From the IMG/VR virus record IMGVR_UViG_3300043775_002839, positions 29,706 through 93,705 of that record: a DNA stretch of 64,000 nt, one strand, 5' to 3'. Positions within the stretch are counted from its first letter, which is position 1; each line of letters starts with the position of its first letter. The translations under genes and the position numbers were made by a program. The notes beneath the pieces were generated by a model. That model had not been told where the DNA came from. It did no database searches and worked only from the letters and a program-made list of their open reading frames with translations. Positions 37,690 to 46,874 of the stretch are shown piece by piece. Origin of the DNA: a virus.

Positions 37690-39624
37690 ATGGTAACTAA
37701 TTATACAGCAAATGAATATGGTGATTTTTTTGTCGCATCTATTCAAAACCCATATCATAATATAATTAATGTACTTGACTGGAATATTGTGGTAGGTCTT
37801 AAAAAACGAAATATGACCGGTAGTGTTACAGGGTCTATCTCATCATTAAATATTTATGGATATGAAACTCAATTTGATATATCATTTGCTGCTGGAGATT
37901 CTATAATCATCGGTAATATAACATATCAAATCGATATTGTTATTAGTGATACTGAACTGACCATTACTGAACCGCTACACTATAATTTTACAAATGCCAA
38001 ATATTATACAACACCAGATAACATAAGCTTTTTTGAATATGAATTTAGATGGTCTAATACTGGTAAAGTTTTCTCTGAATTTGCTCCACTAAATCACGAG
38101 ACAGGACCTAGAGATATACAAGGAATTACATTTGACCACCTAAAACCCCTTTACATTGATGTTAAATCTGAAGTTGCAGGTTTGGAAAGTGGAAATACTT
38201 TAACATTTCTTTCAATAGAATTTACACTTGAAACTGAGGCCGGAATTATTGAATCATGTCCTAATTTTTGCACAGATTGTACCGATCCTTTTGCAATGAA
38301 TGGATGCGCAAATATTCAAGTTACATGTAACCCAACAAATCAATTTAATCCGTATGCTCTTAACAAATCAGTTAAAATGTATAAGCAACTTGTCAATATT
38401 GTAAATGGCATTTTTGGACATAGTGTTACGTATTTTAGAACAGAGCCTAATTTAAGAACGACAGATGTTATTTTAATGGAATATTCATTACATAATGTAG
38501 TTGACAAACAAACAATAAAGATACTGGTTCCTGATAATGAATTTCCAACAGAATCACATACTTATGATATATTTGGAATTGAATTAGAAGATTTTGAAAT
38601 TCATATAACTGCCGAAGAATTTGAAACACATTTTGGAGCAGGAAAAAATCCAAGAAATAAGGACTACATGTTTATTCCAATCATTAATAAAATGTATGAA
38701 ATAAATTCTATTGCTCTAGCTGATGAATTCAATAGAAGCCATTCATATTGGAAAGTTAAACTTGTTAAATATCAAGATCGTGGAGACGTGCTCAAGGGAG
38801 ATTTTGACAATGACACTGATGTGTTAATAACTGGAATTGAAGAAATATTTGGAGAAAGAATTCAAGACGAATACAAAAAGAATCTTAAACCAGAAATATT
38901 CCAAACCGTTACCGATAAACAATATGATGGGATCCGAACTTTTGTTAATAGAAAACTTAGAATAGTTGATTATGCCTTAAAAAATAGATGGAATATTGTA
39001 AGTAAAAACTACTATAATTTTTCAAATATGATTCTAGAAGATTCTGCTATAGTTTATGAAGCTCAGTCTGAAGTTAAAACTGGAAATGGAATTGCATTCT
39101 CTTCGTGGTTTGCTCCTCGATTTGCATCAAATTCAAACCTAAATTATAAGTTGATTGGAGATACTGCTGACAAGTTTTCAATAACAATAAGTAATACGGA
39201 GTTAATTGTTACAACCCCGCAAGGGGTTCAATACTTTACCCATGGAATAACATTCAACCCTGCAAAGTGGTATGGTTATGTTGTTAATATCAATAATGAA
39301 TTTCTTCAATTATCTGCATCAATATATAGTCTTGACGCATCAAATAATATCATGCTTCCTCAAAATGCTAGTAACAATTTAGTTAATGAATTTACCCAAA
39401 CAGTAACCCAAACCGGAGAACTTGTTTGGTCTTCTCAGGCAAAATTTGAATTAGTTGCAAATAGTATGTTTATGACTAACATTAGAGTATTTGATACTCC
39501 TATTGAATTTGAGCAGCATTCAAATATTTTAAATCAATATGTTGTAAGAGATAATCAACGCGCAATTATTGTTGATAATGCAATTCCAAGCATAGGATTC
39601 CAAAAATATGCCAACGCTCGTTAA
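37690..39624 (+). CDS. Extended neck/head-closure protein (gp14-like core with extra domains)
   Basis: Central FGHSVTYF...FGIE...P...DYMFIP...YEI resembles gp14; beta-rich flanks. Confidence 0.6.
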   Translation: MVTNYTANEYGDFFVASIQNPYHNIINVLDWNIVVGLKKRNMTGSVTGSISSLNIYGYETQFDISFAAGDSIIIGNITYQIDIVISDTELTITEPLHYNFTNAKYYTTPDNISFFEYEFRWSNTGKVFSEFAPLNHETGPRDIQGITFDHLKPLYIDVKSEVAGLESGNTLTFLSIEFTLETEAGIIESCPNFCTDCTDPFAMNGCANIQVTCNPTNQFNPYALNKSVKMYKQLVNIVNGIFGHSVTYFRTEPNLRTTDVILMEYSLHNVVDKQTIKILVPDNEFPTESHTYDIFGIELEDFEIHITAEEFETHFGAGKNPRNKDYMFIPIINKMYEINSIALADEFNRSHSYWKVKLVKYQDRGDVLKGDFDNDTDVLITGIEEIFGERIQDEYKKNLKPEIFQTVTDKQYDGIRTFVNRKLRIVDYALKNRWNIVSKNYYNFSNMILEDSAIVYEAQSEVKTGNGIAFSSWFAPRFASNSNLNYKLIGDTADKFSITISNTELIVTTPQGVQYFTHGITFNPAKWYGYVVNINNEFLQLSASIYSLDASNNIMLPQNASNNLVNEFTQTVTQTGELVWSSQAKFELVANSMFMTNIRVFDTPIEFEQHSNILNQYVVRDNQRAIIVDNAIPSIGFQKYANAR

Positions 39625-39656
39625 TTTCGATATATAATTTAATAAAACAAATTTAT

Positions 39657-40301
39657 ATGTCAGAAAATAAAAGTATAAAAGACCAGGCTGAGGATATCAG
39701 AAAAGACCTTGATGAATTGATTGGCGCTAGCGCTGGAGAAATATCCCAAGTAATTGAAACTGATGTCCAACTTCCCACAAGAAGACCTCAAAATCAACTC
39801 AGTTTTGCCGAACTTAAAGAGAGCTCTACCAGAAAGGCCAAGAAAACTATCACTGCCTTAATGAAGTTCTACTTAGATGAGGATATTATAGAACGGGACG
39901 AATACATTCAAGCTAAAAAGAAGATGGACGAAATGACAATGAGTTCATTAGTCTATCAACTCCAAGCAGGAGAACGGGCTCTTACAACGCTACTTAATGC
40001 TATCGAAGATGGTGAAGTTGCTCCAAGAATGTTTGAAGTACTGGCAACCCTACAAAAATCAATGCTCGATATAATCAAATCTCAAACAATGTATTTAATG
40101 GCAACTGAAGAGAGTGCCAAAAGAATCGCACGAGATATTGAGATATACAGAAAACGAGATAACATTAGAGAAATAGAAGTTTCAGGTGGAGACCCAGGCT
40201 CAGGAAATGTTCAAAGAGGTACTAAAGACCTGATGAGAATGATTCGAGAAGGAATAGATTCTGCCGAAACTGACGTGCAAGACGTCGAAATAACTGAATA
40301 A
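39657..40301 (+). CDS. Possible terminase small subunit
   Basis: Helical protein directly before the large terminase; PRMFEVLATL resembles gp16-type proteins. Confidence 0.55.
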   Translation: MSENKSIKDQAEDIRKDLDELIGASAGEISQVIETDVQLPTRRPQNQLSFAELKESSTRKAKKTITALMKFYLDEDIIERDEYIQAKKKMDEMTMSSLVYQLQAGERALTTLLNAIEDGEVAPRMFEVLATLQKSMLDIIKSQTMYLMATEESAKRIARDIEIYRKRDNIREIEVSGGDPGSGNVQRGTKDLMRMIREGIDSAETDVQDVEITE

Positions 40302-40302
40302 T

Positions 40303-42138
40303 ATGTCAAATGAAAACTATATAGGTGATAATAAATGGATCCCTTCAGGAGATTCAGAAAAAGATGCACAAAAATTAGTATGGTCAACCAAGATTATTAA
40401 TGACTTAATGGTTGCACTTGATAAAGGTTATAGACCCCAGGTTAGCATGCCTTTCTATGAAGGAAAACAATTCTTGCGTCGAGGTAATATTGTATTTGAA
40501 TATACTGAAGCAGAACTTAAGGAAATTGCAAAGTGTGCAAATGATATCGTTTACTTTGCAGAAACTTATGCAGTTGTAATGACCGATAATGGTATTCAAC
40601 AGGTAAAACTTCGTGAATATCAAAAAGACCTCTTAAGGGACTTTCAACATAACCGTTTTAATATTGTTCTAGCATCCAGACAGATGGGTAAAACTGTAAC
40701 TGCCAGTATTTTTAATGCATGGTATCTTACATTTAACTATGACAAGACCACCTTATTGCTTGCAAATAAATCTGAATCAACAAAAGAGATTATTGACAAG
40801 GCTAAAGTTGTAATTGAGAATCTTCCATTCTTTATGAAGCCGGGAATTATTAAATATGATGTAATGAACGTAAGGGCCGATAATGGCTGTAGACTTGTTG
40901 GTCAGTCAACTACTGCTAAGTCTGGTATTGGTTTTACTATCCACAATTTATATCTTGATGAGTTTGCTCACGTTCACCCAACTATTGTAAACTCATTCTA
41001 TGAAAACGTTTACCCTACGCTTTCTGCTTCTAAGATTTCGAGAATTAATATTACCTCTACACCAAATGGATTTAATAAGTTCTATGAAATTTATGCCGAT
41101 GCTGAAAAGGGACTTAATGAATATAAAGCAACCCGAATCGATTGGTGGCAGCATCCTGACAGGGACGATGCCTGGTTTAAAAGAGAACTTGGAAACCTTG
41201 GTTCTGAGGATGCTTTCAATAGACAATACGGTAATGAGTTTACCAGTTCATCCAGTTTATTACTCAGCCCTGGTACGATGAAAAATATCCGAAAGAATGC
41301 CAAGAAATTTGTTTGGCATGATATTGAAGAGTTTGAAAATGCTCACATTGATACTCAAGGATTCCTTTCATTCCACCCGAGCTTTGATATTGAAGAGGCC
41401 GGAAACGAAGAAAAATATTACCTATTTACTGTCGATATTGCAGAAGGAAATGGAGGAGACTATTCAGTTATAAATATGTTTGAAGTTGAACCACTTCCCG
41501 ATAAGGACATAGAGAATTATATTAATCCAGGTGCGATGTATGATTTCTTTCGGATTAATCAAGTTGGAATATTCAGGAGTAACGAGCATCCAATTGAAGA
41601 TTTTGCAAAAATCCTATACATATTAGCACTTGATGTATTTAATGCTGAAAACGTTAAATTGATTATTGAGTATAACACTTATGGAAGTATCTTATTGCAA
41701 TACCTTTCAACAGTTTTCCCAGGGAGGAATGAATTTGAAGATGAATTAGTCCTAAGATTTAAACATCGGCATGACGCAAAAGCCCCAAAGCCTGGAATTA
41801 GATTAAAATCCGATAATAAATCAGTGTTTTGTCAAAACTTTAAAAAGTTTATTGAAATAAATAGGGTTAAAATAAATGATGTACAAACAGTACAAGAGGC
41901 AAGTCTTTTTGGAATTGTTAAAAATGGAAGTTATGGCGCCCAAATGGGAAATGATGATTCAATCATGACATGTATCACTGCAACTGAATTTTTTACAACA
42001 GTTGATTACGCTGATTACGTTGAAGAGTTATTAGATATTATAGAACCTGAAAAGCATCAACTTATGGAAAGTATATTGTATAAAAATAATGATTTTCAAG
42101 GTGATTTACAGTTCGATATATATTCATTGTTAGAATAA
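40303..42138 (+). CDS. gp17: Terminase large subunit (T4 gp17)
   Basis: LREYQ, SRQMGKT, LDEFAH, TSTPNG, VDIAEG.GGDYS, NDD. Confidence 0.95.
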   Translation: MSNENYIGDNKWIPSGDSEKDAQKLVWSTKIINDLMVALDKGYRPQVSMPFYEGKQFLRRGNIVFEYTEAELKEIAKCANDIVYFAETYAVVMTDNGIQQVKLREYQKDLLRDFQHNRFNIVLASRQMGKTVTASIFNAWYLTFNYDKTTLLLANKSESTKEIIDKAKVVIENLPFFMKPGIIKYDVMNVRADNGCRLVGQSTTAKSGIGFTIHNLYLDEFAHVHPTIVNSFYENVYPTLSASKISRINITSTPNGFNKFYEIYADAEKGLNEYKATRIDWWQHPDRDDAWFKRELGNLGSEDAFNRQYGNEFTSSSSLLLSPGTMKNIRKNAKKFVWHDIEEFENAHIDTQGFLSFHPSFDIEEAGNEEKYYLFTVDIAEGNGGDYSVINMFEVEPLPDKDIENYINPGAMYDFFRINQVGIFRSNEHPIEDFAKILYILALDVFNAENVKLIIEYNTYGSILLQYLSTVFPGRNEFEDELVLRFKHRHDAKAPKPGIRLKSDNKSVFCQNFKKFIEINRVKINDVQTVQEASLFGIVKNGSYGAQMGNDDSIMTCITATEFFTTVDYADYVEELLDIIEPEKHQLMESILYKNNDFQGDLQFDIYSLLE

Positions 42139-42208
42139 ATAATAATAAATTTTAATAAAATCCAGTTTAATTTAGATATATAATAAAAGAAAAAAAATAC
42201 TTAAAATT

Positions 42209-44710
42209 ATGGCACTAAGTCCGCAATTATTAAATTTTAAAAGCTCAGGAGTTTATAGACTTGAGTTTGATAAATCTCAGACAGCAAATATAAATGTTGA
42301 GACTCTTAGATTAATGGTAGGTCACTCTAAAAAAGGACCGTATAACACACCAGTTTTGATTGATTCAGTTGAAACTCTTACTAATGTGTTTGGAAACATT
42401 GATAAAAGTTTAGAAAAAAAGGGAATGTTTTTCCACAGATCTTGTATCGAAGCTCTTTCAAGAGGTCCTATATTGGCCCTAAATCTTGAACAATTTACTA
42501 TAGGAGATGTTGCATCTTACCAAAGTCCAGTAACATGTGGAGGCGAAGGAGCATTAGGTATTACTTCTGATAGTGGTACTTCAGGATATGCAACTTTCTT
42601 TGATAATGACAAATTCATGATTCCTTCAGATGCCCAAACATTAGCAACTATAGTTCCTGATGATGACCACGTTCTAAACTTTGTGAATATTAAACAAGAA
42701 CCAATTACAATTATCGTAAGACAGGCACAAGATGTTAAAGAATTTGACCTAACTGCAAGAGAATGGTATGGTGTTGGAAACGTTCCAGAGTACTTAAATG
42801 ATTTTGACAAAATGTCAGATTTTATGATTGATGTATTTGTATTCAAAGGAGAATTTGATTCTGCTGCAATGTCAAATGACCCAATCTATTCTGCCTATTT
42901 TACAGAAGACGGTTTAGATAAAACAAAACTTGCACAATTTGCAAACCTTAGACAAGTTAGTTTAATTGCGCAATATACAGGTTCTATCTTACCAGGATTT
43001 AAAGACCTTGAAGGCCGAAACTTATACATTGAATCAATTGTTAACGCAGAGGCTAGAAGAACTGGTCTATTCTGTGCAGTTAATGAAGATGATGTTATGG
43101 ACGAGCAAGGAACTAAAATTGATTTTGTAGGACACGTTCACATCGATACTAATGATTATGAATTATTATCTCATTATGTTCCTGCTGGAGATAGAGAAAT
43201 TACTGAAACTTTCGTCGGTGGTACTGTTGCTAACAATTCATCAAATTTCACAGTAACATATGATAATATTGTAAAAACAGTAACTAGTGCTAGTGCTAGT
43301 GGTACTGAAATAGAATATACTACAAGTACTCCACATGGAATCCAAAACGGGAAAACGGTAACTATTACTGGGTTAACTCCAAGCCTTTTTAACATAACTG
43401 GAACTGCAACTAATGTAGCAACTGATACTTTTGAAATTGTTAACAATTTAACAGCACAAGACACAGTTCCAGGAAGTCCAAATGGAACTGCAACCGTTCT
43501 AATAAATGTACCTTCCCCTTTCCCAATTAAAGTTGGACACTATGTCGACTCGAATACAGAAGATAGACTTGCAAGAGTCAATAGAGTTGCAAAAGCACCT
43601 ATAAATATTGATGGAGAGACGATCTTTACAGTTTATACTGATATAGAACCTGAGTATGACGGTAGAATTATTAAATCATATGAAGAAGCTTCATTAGTTT
43701 ACAAAACCTTTGTATTGCCAAAAGCAAATATATCTGGAAAAGAAATAAGCGACTATTTATCAGTTCTTTCTGGAGGTAATGGAATCTATGATGCCCTAAT
43801 CGACAAAGATATTATTGATTTTAGATATGTTGTAGATACTTTTACATCTTTTGATGAGAATGGCTTAAACAATAAGAGTAACCTTTCTCAATTAGCAAAA
43901 GACAGACAAAATGCTTCTGCAATCTTAAATGCACCAACAATTGAAGATTTTAAAAAATCTGATGACCCATCTTTTACTGATGAGTTTGGAGGTTTTGATA
44001 CTGCTTATATCGCAGCAGGTGGTAATCAAGATAAAAACCCTACTAAAATATATGCCCTACCAAGTATTAATCAAGGTGCAAATTACGCATTCTACTACGG
44101 ACCTGGTTTAATCGTAAGCGACAATGGAAAAGACATTATTGTTCCTCCAGCTGCTTATGTATGTAACAACTACATTGACAAATATACGAACGCTCTTCCA
44201 TGGTCAATCGTTGCTGGTCCAAGAAGAGGAGTTGTTGCAGGTACAAACGTTAAAGGGGTTGAATATTCTTTTGATAAAGGTGATAGAGATATTCTAGAGC
44301 CATTTGGAATCAATCCAATTGTATTCCAAAGAGGAACTGGTTTAACTATTTTAGGTAATAAAACTGCCCAACAATCTATTAAATCTGCACTTTCTTCTGC
44401 TCACGTAAGAGAGGTACTTATTTATATTCAAGACGGTATGGCTAATATTCTTAAAGATTACGTATTTGAATTTAATACTGCGCAAACAAGACTTGAAATC
44501 AAGACCCTTGCAGATTCATTCTTAGAAAGTGTTAAACAAGACAGTGGTGTTTATGAGTTTAAAAATGTAATGGACTCGACAAATAACACAAATGAAGTTA
44601 TTGATAATAACATGGGTATAATTGATACTTACGTAGAACCAGTTAAAGGTTTAGAAATTGTAGTTCACAGAACAACTGTTTTAAATACTGGAGAAATTTC
44701 ATCTAGCTAA
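42209..44710 (+). CDS. gp18: Tail sheath protein (T4 gp18)
   Basis: SSGVY..E.D, PW...AG..RG, INPI, FEFN...TR. Confidence 0.92.
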   Translation: MALSPQLLNFKSSGVYRLEFDKSQTANINVETLRLMVGHSKKGPYNTPVLIDSVETLTNVFGNIDKSLEKKGMFFHRSCIEALSRGPILALNLEQFTIGDVASYQSPVTCGGEGALGITSDSGTSGYATFFDNDKFMIPSDAQTLATIVPDDDHVLNFVNIKQEPITIIVRQAQDVKEFDLTAREWYGVGNVPEYLNDFDKMSDFMIDVFVFKGEFDSAAMSNDPIYSAYFTEDGLDKTKLAQFANLRQVSLIAQYTGSILPGFKDLEGRNLYIESIVNAEARRTGLFCAVNEDDVMDEQGTKIDFVGHVHIDTNDYELLSHYVPAGDREITETFVGGTVANNSSNFTVTYDNIVKTVTSASASGTEIEYTTSTPHGIQNGKTVTITGLTPSLFNITGTATNVATDTFEIVNNLTAQDTVPGSPNGTATVLINVPSPFPIKVGHYVDSNTEDRLARVNRVAKAPINIDGETIFTVYTDIEPEYDGRIIKSYEEASLVYKTFVLPKANISGKEISDYLSVLSGGNGIYDALIDKDIIDFRYVVDTFTSFDENGLNNKSNLSQLAKDRQNASAILNAPTIEDFKKSDDPSFTDEFGGFDTAYIAAGGNQDKNPTKIYALPSINQGANYAFYYGPGLIVSDNGKDIIVPPAAYVCNNYIDKYTNALPWSIVAGPRRGVVAGTNVKGVEYSFDKGDRDILEPFGINPIVFQRGTGLTILGNKTAQQSIKSALSSAHVREVLIYIQDGMANILKDYVFEFNTAQTRLEIKTLADSFLESVKQDSGVYEFKNVMDSTNNTNEVIDNNMGIIDTYVEPVKGLEIVVHRTTVLNTGEISSS

Positions 44711-44750
44711 GATATAATAATGATATATAAAAAAATAAAAATTAATTAAC

Positions 44751-45305
44751 ATGGGATTACCACATTATTCACAAGACCAAACGTCTAAAAAAGGTAGAAA
44801 TTTTGAACCAATCCAGCCTAACCTGTTTGAAGTTACAGTACTTCCACCAGCTGGTGTTGCAGATGCTCCACTCCTATTACAGCACGTTAATTCAATCTCA
44901 GGATTAGAATTATATAAAGAAATTGCTGCGGTAGAACAAAAATACAAATGGGTTACCAGATCGTTCGCTGGTATGCCTGATGGAACTGCAGTTGATGTAA
45001 CTATTAACTTCTCATTAAACTTAAATGAAGCAAATCAAGCCTATTTATACAAGTCAATGAGACAATGGTATAACTTAAGATACGATCCAAACACAGGTAC
45101 AATGGGCCTTAAAAAAGATTACGTAGGTACTATTGTTATCGTGCAATTTAATAGAGCCGGCGATATTTATAGAACTGTAACTTTAGAAGATTGTCAAATT
45201 ACTTCAGGTTTAGGTTTTACAAATGAATTAAGTTATGAAACCAAAGATGCAGCCGCTTTAGAAGTATCATGGAGATGCGATGCTTGGAAAGAAGTATTAG
45301 CATAA
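44751..45305 (+). CDS. gp19: Tail tube protein (gp19-like)
   Basis: Follows the sheath; NLFEV, W..L.YDP.TG..GLKKDY. Confidence 0.85.
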   Translation: MGLPHYSQDQTSKKGRNFEPIQPNLFEVTVLPPAGVADAPLLLQHVNSISGLELYKEIAAVEQKYKWVTRSFAGMPDGTAVDVTINFSLNLNEANQAYLYKSMRQWYNLRYDPNTGTMGLKKDYVGTIVIVQFNRAGDIYRTVTLEDCQITSGLGFTNELSYETKDAAALEVSWRCDAWKEVLA

Positions 45306-45392
45306 TTATTTAACAAAATATAGGGAATGATTAATTTGTTCCCTATATTTTTTTGAAACAAAAACATAATATAATGATAATATAATATATCG

Positions 45393-45608
45393 ATGGATAA
45401 ACTAACCAAAAAGTTACAGGTCCTATTATCAGAAGATGAAGTAACCCTAATTAATCGAATAATACTTAGTGAGGCTATAGAAACTGGACAGCGACCAATT
45501 TCAATTTCAGCGTTTATTAGAGATGTTATAAGAACCGAAATAGACAAAAAATCAGATGAAATTAAAACATTTAATAAAATTGACATTAAAAAACTTAAAA
45601 ACAAATAA
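45393..45608 (+). CDS. Small ribbon-helix-helix-like protein
   Basis: KLQVLLS...SISAFIRDVI pattern. Confidence 0.55.
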   Translation: MDKLTKKLQVLLSEDEVTLINRIILSEAIETGQRPISISAFIRDVIRTEIDKKSDEIKTFNKIDIKKLKNK

Positions 45609-45611
45609 TTT

Positions 45612-46577
45612 ATGAGTACAAAAAACGATTCAAATCTAGATGAACAATATAAAAATATGGTTCAATCTGTTGAAACCCAAGAGGTTCATGAACAACAAGT
45701 TCAAGAAGCTCCTTTAAATCTAGGAAAGGTTAACATGGAACGATTTACTGGAGAAAGGGCAGAAGATGCAGATTTCCATTTAGGCTACCATTCAATTCCA
45801 TTACTTTCTCTACCTTCAGGTGGTATGTTTTACCCAGAAGGAACTCAACTTTCAATACGTTCTGCTAAAGTTGCAGAAGTCCGACACTTTTCAACTATTG
45901 ACGAAACTAACGTATTAGATATTGATGAGAAATTAAATACAATAGTAGATTCTTGTACAAGAATTACGTGTACGTCAAAAAGATTATCTTATAAAGACCT
46001 TTTAGAAGAGGACCGTTTTTACGTTATTCTTTCTATTAGAGACTTAACTTTTCCAGAGCCAGAATCAAATTTAAAAATTGAGCATACAAGTAAAAAAGGA
46101 GAAAAGCACGATATTGAAATTAAAAAAGAATATTTTCAATACTTTAAAATTCCAACAGAACTTGATAAGTATTATGATTCTGAATCAAAATCATTTCAAG
46201 TTGAAACAAGATCTTTTGGTACTATTGAAATGAAACCACCTGCTATTGGAGTTATGCAGAAAATTACAGCATATATTAAAGAAAAACAGCAAAAAGGACT
46301 TAAAGTTGACCAGTCAGTACTTCAAATCATTCCATATTTACATAAAGATTGGAGAACATTTAGTGATAAAACAATTTTTGAATTTGAAATTGAATTAAAC
46401 GGATGGACTAATAAAAAATACAATCTAGTCTATACATTGGCTGAAAAAATGAAAGTAGGAATTCAACCAAATATGCTAGTACAATTAGGGGACGAGGAGG
46501 AAGAGGTTCCCATCAGTTTTCGTGACGGAATCAAATCTCTTTTCATTGTTCAAGATATCGCTGGAGAACTTCTTTAA
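45612..46577 (+). CDS. Baseplate hub / tail assembly chaperone (gp26-like)
   Basis: LPSGG.FYP, DL...DRFY....IRDLT; lies between tube and tape measure. Confidence 0.65.
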   Translation: MSTKNDSNLDEQYKNMVQSVETQEVHEQQVQEAPLNLGKVNMERFTGERAEDADFHLGYHSIPLLSLPSGGMFYPEGTQLSIRSAKVAEVRHFSTIDETNVLDIDEKLNTIVDSCTRITCTSKRLSYKDLLEEDRFYVILSIRDLTFPEPESNLKIEHTSKKGEKHDIEIKKEYFQYFKIPTELDKYYDSESKSFQVETRSFGTIEMKPPAIGVMQKITAYIKEKQQKGLKVDQSVLQIIPYLHKDWRTFSDKTIFEFEIELNGWTNKKYNLVYTLAEKMKVGIQPNMLVQLGDEEEEVPISFRDGIKSLFIVQDIAGELL

Positions 46578-46794
46578 GACGAAGTTTCACATATATCTTA
46601 AACTCCATACACAACCATCTGAACTTGAGGGTATGGAATACTATGAATTCCATTATCTTGTTAAAGAACTAATAGATCATATTAAGGAGGAGAATAAACA
46701 AAACCAAGGCCAAAATGATGCAACATCAGGAGTAATGGGAGGTATGAAAATGCCAAACATAAAAATGCCAAACATCAGTATGCCGAAAATGTAA
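46522..46794 (+). CDS. gp51-like hub assembly/chaperone ORF; start uncertain (GTG, TTG or frameshift)
   Basis: SLENFFKT.F...SELE.M...E resembles T4-like gp51; overlaps the upstream gene in the +1 frame. Confidence 0.55.
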   Translation: MTESNLFSLFKISLENFFKTKFHIYLKLHTQPSELEGMEYYEFHYLVKELIDHIKEENKQNQGQNDATSGVMGGMKMPNIKMPNISMPKM

Positions 46795-46874
46795 AAATAA
46801 GGGTCCCTAATCGGGCCCTTTTTTATTTGGATATATAACAAAGATAAAGTTTATCTTAAAAAAATCGACAATAG

